The notes under the pieces were generated by a model, which saw only the letters and a list, made by a program, of their open reading frames with translations, did no database searches and was not told where the DNA came from. From an uncultured Verrucomicrobiota bacterium (GTDB taxonomy: Bacteria; Verrucomicrobiota; Verrucomicrobiia; Limisphaerales; UBA9464): a stretch of DNA of 64,000 bases. Location of the stretch: contig CAIXUG010000072.1 of assembly GCA_903922605.1 (NCBI GenBank), positions 73,432 through 137,431 on the forward strand, written 5' to 3'. Shown here piece after piece: positions 48,146 to 55,422 of this stretch. Positions within the stretch are counted from its first letter, which is position 1. Each line of letters opens with the position of its first letter. Both the position numbers and the translations under genes were made by a program.

Positions 48146-48167
48146 ATGCCTCGGAGCCCTTGGTAAC

Positions 48168-48187
48168 CACGGTGAAAAGATGCGCCC
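48168..48187 (+). repeat. Exact 20-mer CACGGTGAAAAGATGCGCCC, copy 1
   Basis: Identical to 61102-61121, and a 19/20 match at 11840-11859 on the minus strand. Confidence 0.7.
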
Positions 48188-48239
48188 GGCTCAACGTCCA
48201 GCGTTGGACGTGGGACGTTTTCCCGGATGAGCCGAAAAC

Positions 48240-49565
48240 CTATTGCTTGGTCAGGCGGTAAAACACGGGCGTCCCAGAAGCGGGAGCGGTAAAGGTGTAA
48301 TGATCGCCCGTCTGCGTGATGCCGGAGGTGATGGCTGACCACGAAGCGTTGGCTTCCAGGGAGGAGGAGGTCTGCAGCCCGAAGCCGGTTGCCGTAGCGG
48401 TGAGCCACGTGAGCACGACCTGGTCACCGGAAAGCGCCTGCTCGAGCAGGGGTGACGCCTGGGTGAGGAATTCACCCGATTCCGAAGTGAGCGTGGCCCC
48501 GCTGGCCGTATCCGGGGTCAGGTTGAAATGCAGCGTGTGCTCGAAATCCGCCCGGGTTTCCACCTGGGCGTAAACGGAACCGCCCAAGCCCCGGCTGGGA
48601 TCGCTGCCGCCGCCGCTATTCAGCGACTGGCTGGCATAAAAGTAAAAATCACCCTTGGGCACCACAATGGTCACACTGAAGGGCTCGTGGATCGTCAGCG
48701 AATCGCCCGGGCCCGCCTGCCGGTCAATGCTCACTCCGCCAATATAGTGTCGCTCCAGCGTATCGTAGCTGCCGCCCTCCCCGTCCTCGCCGCCGGTGTG
48801 GTGTACGACCTGGGGCGCCGAATAAATGCTGATCTCCATGTGCGCGAGGACCTCGGCCAGGTTCGGGCCGGTGGCGATCACGGTGGGAGACCCGGCCGAG
48901 GACGGCACAAAGGACCCGGGCGGATTGGCGCTGATCTGCCCGTTCCAGACCCCTGAAAGAGTCAGGGTGGTATCGGCCGAAGTGGTCACGTAGTCGGCGA
49001 TTTCCGAACTGGAAGTGGCCGACCCCTGCGCCCCAAAACCATCGTATGGGGGTGCCGGCGTCTTGGCGACGCCGGGACCATCCAGGCCGTAGGACGCCGA
49101 GTTGCGCAGGATGCCCGAGGCCAGGTTGGCGGCCGCATGAGTCTTGCCCGAGTAGCCGATCCCCACCCCGACCGTCCCGCCGCCATCAATCGGGAATGTT
49201 CCGTTGGAGCCCGCGCTCGGCCCTACCGTGCCGTCTGTCTCCTGCGCGACCTGGGTGCCATTGCCAACCTCGATCAGGGGGATGAACGGGCGCACCGAAT
49301 AGTACCGGTAGTTCCCGCCATTCTGGTAGAAATAGGCCGAGATGGTGGCGTCGAGGATGCTGATGGCACGGGCGCCCGCGAAGTGCGCACCCTGGCTGGG
49401 ATCTAGCAGATACTGCGCGTCCAGATTCACGAGGGTGAGCGTCCGGTCACCGAGTGGACCGGTGGCGGGGGCGGCCAGTGCCTGGCCGGCGGTCAATGCC
49501 GCCAAAACCACGGTTGCAGAGAGGAAACGGGAGGGACGGACCGCGAGGGAAAAGAGTTTCATCAT
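48240..49565 (-). CDS. Secreted hypothetical protein with conserved C-terminal ...FYRL module
   Basis: Signal MMKLFSLAVRPSRFLSATVVLAALTAGQALA. The C-terminus VVLTWLTATATGFGLQTSSSL...WSAI...PVFYRLTKQ is shared with two other secreted proteins in the window. Confidence 0.7.
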   Translation of the reverse strand: MMKLFSLAVRPSRFLSATVVLAALTAGQALAAPATGPLGDRTLTLVNLDAQYLLDPSQGAHFAGARAISILDATISAYFYQNGGNYRYYSVRPFIPLIEVGNGTQVAQETDGTVGPSAGSNGTFPIDGGGTVGVGIGYSGKTHAAANLASGILRNSASYGLDGPGVAKTPAPPYDGFGAQGSATSSSEIADYVTTSADTTLTLSGVWNGQISANPPGSFVPSSAGSPTVIATGPNLAEVLAHMEISIYSAPQVVHHTGGEDGEGGSYDTLERHYIGGVSIDRQAGPGDSLTIHEPFSVTIVVPKGDFYFYASQSLNSGGGSDPSRGLGGSVYAQVETRADFEHTLHFNLTPDTASGATLTSESGEFLTQASPLLEQALSGDQVVLTWLTATATGFGLQTSSSLEANASWSAITSGITQTGDHYTFTAPASGTPVFYRLTKQ

Positions 49566-49639
49566 CCTGCGTTCGCCGACAGGAGGACGTCTTTTTCAGA
49601 AATCTTTCGGATTCTTTGGACTGGCGGGTCGGGCCTTTC

Positions 49640-50923
49640 TCACGGCGTTACCGCGTCGCATTCCGCCTGTGCCTCACCCAGCGGCTCCCCATACGGCAGG
49701 TCGTCGGGCAGGGGTACCAGTTCGCGGATCCACTCCCAGAGCTGGGTGAAGTCCTTGTTCACGTCGCCGGAAAGGCAGTCGGTGATCAGGCCGGCGGCTT
49801 CCGGATGGCGTTTGATCACTTCGCGAAATGAAAACGCGGGCTCGTAAAAGGCGTAGACCAGTTTGCGCATGTTCTCGACACCTTCGCGGAGCATGCGGCC
49901 GTAGGGAGCAAAGTGTTCCGGTGAAAGGTCGCCGGTGAGCAGGCCGGCGTGAACGGCTTCGCCGGCGAGTTGGCCGCTCTTCAACGCCAGCATCACGCCG
50001 CTGCTGAACACGGGGTCAAGGAAGGCGAAGGCGTCGCCCACCAGCAGCAGGCCGGGCGAGGCGCAGTAGCGGGAGTGGCGGCTGTATTCGCTGGTGATGA
50101 AATATTTCCCCACCGGTTCACCGACCGCGAGGTGCTCCTTGATCCATTCGTTCTGATTGACCTCGCGGTGGAAGATGTCCTTCGGCTCCCTCAGTCCGTC
50201 GCGGGTCAGGTACTTGCCCTCGGCCACCACGCCCACGCTGACCATGTTGTCGTGCTGGGGAATGTACCAGAACCAACCCTTGTCCGGCACATAGGCCACC
50301 GTGGTGTCGCCCTCATCAAGCCCTTCCCCGCGCTTCGCCCCCCGGTAGTAGGTCCACACCGCGATCTTGTTGAGGTAAGGGTCGGACTCACGCCAGCCGC
50401 GCCGGTTCGCGGCGAAGGCTTCCTTGCCACTGCAATCGAGCGTGACGGGAGCGCGCACCTCGTAGGTGCGGCCGGACTTGTCCGTCGCCTCGACGCCCAC
50501 GACGCGGTCGCCCTCCATGAGCAGGCGGTTGACGGTGGTTTCTTCGCGCACCTCGGCGCCTTTCTCGCGGGCGTTGTCGAGCAGCAGTTGGTCGAACTCG
50601 GAGCGCAGCACCTGCCACGACTGGGCCACGGTCTCGATGTCGTAGCGCGAGAAGAAGTAGAACGGGTGCGAACGCCGGCCATCGCGCTGTACGAAGGTGA
50701 CGCTGTACTTTTTCACGAAGTGCGACGCCCGCATCTTGGGAATCATCCCGATCCGCTCGAGCGGACCAAAGGTGAATGGGATCAGCGATTCGCCGATGTG
50801 GTAGCGGGGGAACTTCTCCCGCTCAAGGATGAGGACCTTGTGGCCGTATTCGGCGAGGATGGCGCCGGCACAGGAGCCGGAGGGACCGCCGCCAATCAGG
50901 ATTGCGTCATAGTTTTCAGTCAT
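49640..50923 (-). CDS. FAD-dependent oxidoreductase of the flavin-dependent halogenase family
   Basis: GxGxxG motif ILIGGGPSGS. GWxWxIP motif KGWFWYIP. FLDPVFSSGV motif. Confidence 0.8.
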   Translation of the reverse strand: MTENYDAILIGGGPSGSCAGAILAEYGHKVLILEREKFPRYHIGESLIPFTFGPLERIGMIPKMRASHFVKKYSVTFVQRDGRRSHPFYFFSRYDIETVAQSWQVLRSEFDQLLLDNAREKGAEVREETTVNRLLMEGDRVVGVEATDKSGRTYEVRAPVTLDCSGKEAFAANRRGWRESDPYLNKIAVWTYYRGAKRGEGLDEGDTTVAYVPDKGWFWYIPQHDNMVSVGVVAEGKYLTRDGLREPKDIFHREVNQNEWIKEHLAVGEPVGKYFITSEYSRHSRYCASPGLLLVGDAFAFLDPVFSSGVMLALKSGQLAGEAVHAGLLTGDLSPEHFAPYGRMLREGVENMRKLVYAFYEPAFSFREVIKRHPEAAGLITDCLSGDVNKDFTQLWEWIRELVPLPDDLPYGEPLGEAQAECDAVTP

Positions 50924-50982
50924 AAGATCAATTGCCAGGCGGCCGGAACGGCGGTCGGCGCGCTGGGGTGTCGAGGGCCGGT

Positions 50983-52380
50983 TCAGGCTGCCGGTAGCAG
51001 CTCTCCACGGGGCACGCGTTTATGGGCAAAGAGGGTGAGCAGCGGGCCGGTCATCATGGTGGTCGTGAGGGCCATGATGACGAGCATCGCGAAGATGCGC
51101 GGCGAGAGGATGCCCAGATCATAGCCGATGTTCAGCGCGATCAGTTCCATGAGGCCGCGCGTGTTCATGAGCGCGCCGAGCTGCAGCGACTCGCGCCAAC
51201 TCATGCCGGTAAAGCGGGCCGTGACTGCCGTGCCGCCCAGCTTGCCGAGCGTCGCGACGCCGATGACGGCGAGGCAGACCGACCAGTCCTGCCAACCGGA
51301 CAGCAGGCCGATCTGCGTGCGGAGGCCGATGAAGGCGAAGAAAATCGGCAACAGGAGCACCGAGCTGAAGTTCTCGATCCGCAGTCCGAGCTTGTGCCGG
51401 AACTGGTGGGTGTCGGGCATGATCGTGCCGGCCAGGAACGAGCCGAACAGGGCGTGGATGCCGATCAGTTCGGTGCTCAGGGCCGCCAGAAGCAGGATGA
51501 CGATGACGGTCGCCATGGTGCCCCGGGACAAATCATCGGCCGCGAGCCGGGCGTCTCCCAGTTGGCGGCGGAACCAGGGCTTGATCACCCAGATCATTAA
51601 GGCGATGAAGCCCAGCACCAGCAGGATGCTCCAGGCCCAGCCGCCCAGGCCGACGGAGCGCACCGTTGCCACCACAAAGGCAAGGATGGTCCAGGCGGTG
51701 ACATCGCCCACCGCCGCGCAGGTCAGCGCGGTGCTGCCCAGCGGCGTCTGCGTGAGGACGCGTTCCTGCAGGATGCGGGCGAGCACCGGAAACGCCGTGA
51801 TGCTCATGGAAATGCCCATGAACAGCGCAAACGCGGTAAAGCCCGCCCCGGGTGCCGCCAGCGTGCTGTAGAGGAACCACGCGGTGACGACGCCCAGGAC
51901 GTAGGGAATGACGATGCTGGCGTGGCTCACGAGCACGGCCACATGCGCGCGATTGCGCACATGGCTGACGTCGAACTCCATGCCCACGGTGAACATGAAC
52001 AGGCACACGCCGATCTGGCTCAGCAGCTTGAGCACCCCCAGGGAGCCGCTGGGAAAGACGGACGCGAAAGCATCCGGCGCCAACACGCCAAAGAGTGAAG
52101 GCCCCAGCAGGATGCCGGCGACCATTTCGCCGACGACCGAGGGCTGGCCCATGCGGGTGAACAGCCAGCCGGTCAGCCGTGACACGATGAGGATGACCAG
52201 GAGCTGCACAAACAGCCGGGTCAGATCGGAGGCTGCCGCAGCACCGGCCGCGCCACCCTTGCCGGCCGCCAGCACGTCGCCGCCCGGGAGCGGCAGGGCG
52301 CCGCCCAGATGCAGCACCCACGCAATGGCGGCTCCCGTCATGGCCAGGGTTACGAGGTAGAAAATGGAGGCGCGTTTCAT
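50983..52380 (-). CDS. Cation:proton antiporter (CPA2 / Kef-type)
   Basis: MKRASIFYLV... then SRLTGWLFTRMGQPSVVGEMVAGILLGPSLFG. 465 aa with at least 11 TM segments. The 823-aa ORF in the track over-extends into the LysR antisense region. Confidence 0.85.
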   Translation of the reverse strand: MKRASIFYLVTLAMTGAAIAWVLHLGGALPLPGGDVLAAGKGGAAGAAAASDLTRLFVQLLVILIVSRLTGWLFTRMGQPSVVGEMVAGILLGPSLFGVLAPDAFASVFPSGSLGVLKLLSQIGVCLFMFTVGMEFDVSHVRNRAHVAVLVSHASIVIPYVLGVVTAWFLYSTLAAPGAGFTAFALFMGISMSITAFPVLARILQERVLTQTPLGSTALTCAAVGDVTAWTILAFVVATVRSVGLGGWAWSILLVLGFIALMIWVIKPWFRRQLGDARLAADDLSRGTMATVIVILLLAALSTELIGIHALFGSFLAGTIMPDTHQFRHKLGLRIENFSSVLLLPIFFAFIGLRTQIGLLSGWQDWSVCLAVIGVATLGKLGGTAVTARFTGMSWRESLQLGALMNTRGLMELIALNIGYDLGILSPRIFAMLVIMALTTTMMTGPLLTLFAHKRVPRGELLPAA

Positions 52381-52458
52381 CAGGTGCCGCTGGGGACGGT
52401 CGCGTTGTACCGGGTTCCGATCCGTCGCCAAGCTATCCGTTTGTGTCTTGTAACGGAA

Positions 52459-52486
52459 ATAGCATTTGGCTATCGCATTGATAGCC
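52459..52486. promoter_or_regulatory. Overlapping palindromes in the LysR/antiporter divergent promoter region (candidate LysR T-N11-A site)
   Basis: ATAGC-N5-GCTAT (52459-52473) and GGCTATC-N5-GATAGCC (52468-52486). Confidence 0.4.
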
Positions 52487-52503
52487 ATTCGCGATAAGAC
52501 CTT

Positions 52504-53415
52504 ATGGATCTCCGCCACTTCCGCTATTTCCAGGCCGTCGCCGAGGAACTGAGTTTCACTGGCGCGGCGCGACGGCTCAACGTCGTGCAGCCGGCCCTGA
52601 GCCGCGCGATCAAGGAACTGGAGGCCGAGCTTGGCGTGGAACTGTTTGCCCGCACGCGCCGGTCCGTGGCCCTCACCTCGGCCGGGCGGGTCCTGCTGGG
52701 TGAGACCGGCCTGATGTTCGAACGGCTGGACCAGGCCGTCCGCCGGGTCCGCCGCGCCGCCACCGGGGAGAGCGGCGAATTGCGCCTGGGGTACATCGGG
52801 CCACCCACCCAGCGGTTCCTCGGGCGCCTGCTGGAGGAATACCACCGGCGCTGCCCGGAGGTGACCGTCCACCTCGAGGAGCGCACGCCGGAACGCGTCT
52901 GGGAGATGGTGGCGAAAGGCCGGCTGGATGCGGGGCTGACCCGGCCGGTGCTGGCCCACACCGCGCTGCGCATGGAGACCCTGAAGCTGGGCGACGAGCG
53001 GCTCTGCGCCGCCGTACCGCACAGCCATGCGTGGAGCGTCAAGAAGTCGCTCGCGTGGAGCAGCCTGGCCGCACAGCCACTCGTGGTGCTGGCACGGCGC
53101 GAAGGTGCGGGGCTGCACGACGAGATTCTGGCCGCGTGCCGGCGCGCGGGCTTCACCCCGCGGCTCGCGCACACACCGAGCCTCATCAGCACCGTGCTCA
53201 GGCTGGTTGAAAGCGGTGCCGGAATCGGCCTCATTCCCGACTGTCTGGCAGAAACCGATCCCTGCCTCCGTTGGAAGCCGGTGCAACTCACCCCCGCGCG
53301 CACCATTCCGCTGGTTCTCGTCTGGAAAAAGGAACAGGAGGAACCGCCTGCCCGCGCCTTCCGCACGTTGGTGTCGGAGTGGATCCGGTCCGGCGAACTG
53401 TGGGGAAAGAAGTGA
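52504..53415 (+). CDS. LysR-family transcriptional regulator
   Basis: MDLRHFRYFQAVAEELSFTGAARRLNVVQPALSRAIKELEAELGVELF. Confidence 0.9.
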   Translation: MDLRHFRYFQAVAEELSFTGAARRLNVVQPALSRAIKELEAELGVELFARTRRSVALTSAGRVLLGETGLMFERLDQAVRRVRRAATGESGELRLGYIGPPTQRFLGRLLEEYHRRCPEVTVHLEERTPERVWEMVAKGRLDAGLTRPVLAHTALRMETLKLGDERLCAAVPHSHAWSVKKSLAWSSLAAQPLVVLARREGAGLHDEILAACRRAGFTPRLAHTPSLISTVLRLVESGAGIGLIPDCLAETDPCLRWKPVQLTPARTIPLVLVWKKEQEEPPARAFRTLVSEWIRSGELWGKK

Positions 53416-53426
53416 AGGGCCGCTGG

Positions 53427-54848
53427 CTACTTCGCATCGATTCGCAGCACCCAATCCGCTTCCTGCCGGCTGTTCGGCCCCGGAGGTGTGAATTCGTGAA
53501 CGCCCGCGCCCTTCAGCGAACCGCTGATGGTACGGTATTGGCCGCTGGTAGGATCAAACCAGCGGGCGGTGCGCCGGGGCTTCAGCCCGGAGAGATCCAC
53601 CGCGATGGGGCCGACATGGGCGGGCGGAACGTAGGCGATCAGCAGCGAGCCATCCTTGCTGGCGGAGGCGGCCACGAAGCCGGGCGCGGTGTCCTTGTTT
53701 TCCGAATCCACGATGAGCGCCTTCATCCCATTCAGGCCTGAGGGCACCAGCGTCCACCAGGGGATCGATTTGATGAACGTGTTCAGCCACGCCATGTCGA
53801 GGGCGGTCTGGGTATTGAGGTGCTGCTGCCAGAGGGGATCGATGAAGGGCCAGATGTAGCCATTGCCAGAGACATAGCCGCCCACGGTGCCGAGCCAGCC
53901 CCACCATTGGAAACGCCGCACCGGCTGGGTCGCGTTGCGGTTGTAGTTGTTCCCGTCGGGACCCTCCTCGTCGTACGGCTCCTCCAGGAGAAACGCTGGC
54001 ATCACCGGCTGATGCGCGTAGCCGCGCCGGGTGACCATGGCCACCGGCCGGTTCGTATCCCACGTGTAGCAGCCGTTGATCGTCATTTCGTGACCAAAGT
54101 CCGCATTCTCATTGGCGTTCTCTCCGCTGAAGGATTCGGCCGTGTAGAGGATGGATTGTTGGCCTGGGACGCTCTTCAGGCCCCGGATCAGGGCCGCCTC
54201 GGCGGTGCGCTGGGTGGCGTTGAATTTCCCGAAATCGCCCAGCAGCATCCAGATGAGGTTCTTGCGCTGCCGGTAGCGGGTGGCGAACCACGCCCCATAG
54301 GCCTCGGTCTTTTCCGGCCCGTTGGCGATCAGCTCCTGTCCCCAGCCCTGTTCCTTGAAATCGTAGCCGAGGTAGGCCGGGAAGAGAAACACCACGACGC
54401 CCTCACGCTCGCAACGGGCCAGAAACGTATCGAGGTAACGCCAATAGTTCTCGTTCGGAGTCAGCAGGTCCGGCCCCTCCGTCCGGATGTCCCGGAACTC
54501 CAGTTTCCCGTCCCATGCCTCGCCATTGAGCCGCCGCAGAAACGGCTGTTCTCGTTCCCCATTGAAGGGCGGGTGATTGCCCATGGGCCAGTGGCAGAGC
54601 GCGCTGACCTCAATCGCGTTGTGCCCGTGCGCGAGCGTGTTTTCCAAGAACTTGCCGTACCCGCTCTCCGGCTGGGAAATCACGCACCACGCGGTACGCC
54701 CGAGAATCGGGAAGGGGGTGTTGCGCTGGTCCACCAGATAGCGGCTGTCTTCGCTGAGCTTCAGCGGCAGAACCCATGCGCCGTGGCTCCGCGGCATCAT
54801 TACGAACGCAAGCAGGACCGCAAAAGCGAAGCGCCGAAGGGATTTCAT
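53427..54848 (-). CDS. Secreted glycoside-hydrolase-like protein (DUF4038 / GH140-like, from memory)
   Basis: Signal MKSLRRFAFAVLLAFVMMPRSHGA. TIM-barrel-like region plus C-terminal WFDPTSGQY motif. The family assignment is tentative. Confidence 0.6.
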   Translation of the reverse strand: MKSLRRFAFAVLLAFVMMPRSHGAWVLPLKLSEDSRYLVDQRNTPFPILGRTAWCVISQPESGYGKFLENTLAHGHNAIEVSALCHWPMGNHPPFNGEREQPFLRRLNGEAWDGKLEFRDIRTEGPDLLTPNENYWRYLDTFLARCEREGVVVFLFPAYLGYDFKEQGWGQELIANGPEKTEAYGAWFATRYRQRKNLIWMLLGDFGKFNATQRTAEAALIRGLKSVPGQQSILYTAESFSGENANENADFGHEMTINGCYTWDTNRPVAMVTRRGYAHQPVMPAFLLEEPYDEEGPDGNNYNRNATQPVRRFQWWGWLGTVGGYVSGNGYIWPFIDPLWQQHLNTQTALDMAWLNTFIKSIPWWTLVPSGLNGMKALIVDSENKDTAPGFVAASASKDGSLLIAYVPPAHVGPIAVDLSGLKPRRTARWFDPTSGQYRTISGSLKGAGVHEFTPPGPNSRQEADWVLRIDAK

Positions 54849-55336
54849 AATGTGGAGGGTCGCGAAAGCGATACCCGCTGCCAGCGGAAAGCGCTGACCC
54901 GTCGCTGCTGGGCGAAGCTTGTTCTACAAAAGCAGGATGGTTTCTCCTCGACCACCATCCATTTATCGAGCTGCAGGATGAACTTGGTGACGGGATGGTC
55001 GTGGCTGAGCTCGCGCTCATCCACGAGCATCATGATGGAGGCCACAGCGAACATCTTGGTCATCGAGGCGATCCAAAAAACATTGTGCTCGCGCATTGGT
55101 TGCTTCGCCTCGACGTCGGCAAAGCCCAGGAGATTTTGGTAATGCACCTTGTCCGTCTTGTCCGCGATGAAGCCGAGGACGTGGGCTAGTTTGTAGCTGT
55201 TCGGGTAGGGTGGCATGGCCGCCGTCACTTCGGAGCTTGCGGAAGGCGTGTATTCGTCTGCTTCGCCGTGGATGGTGGGGAGTGCAGCTGCCAGAGGAGC
55301 AGGAACTGCCCGCACAAGGAGCGTAGTTTCATGCAC
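54845..55336 (-). CDS. Serine hydrolase (beta-lactamase family), N-terminal fragment only; possible pseudogene
   Basis: SxxK motif in FWIASMTKMFAVASIMMLVDE...HPVTKFI. Similarity ends after about 120 aa. The ORF is 163 aa, whereas full-length members are usually over 350 aa. Confidence 0.5.
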   Translation of the reverse strand: MHETTLLVRAVPAPLAAALPTIHGEADEYTPSASSEVTAAMPPYPNSYKLAHVLGFIADKTDKVHYQNLLGFADVEAKQPMREHNVFWIASMTKMFAVASIMMLVDERELSHDHPVTKFILQLDKWMVVEEKPSCFCRTSFAQQRRVSAFRWQRVSLSRPSTL

Positions 55337-55422
55337 TTGAATTGCGGCAAACTGCAGTCGGGTGGAAGCTCAAAAGGGCTTTGCTGTTTTGATGCAGCGG
55401 AGGGGCCTGATTTGTATCCTAC

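Noticed and set aside
52381-53454. N-terminal extension of about 350 aa on the 823-aa ORF containing the CPA2 antiporter.
   Set aside because: This part is antisense to a clear LysR regulator gene. The antiporter starts naturally at ATG 52380 (MKRASIFYLV...).
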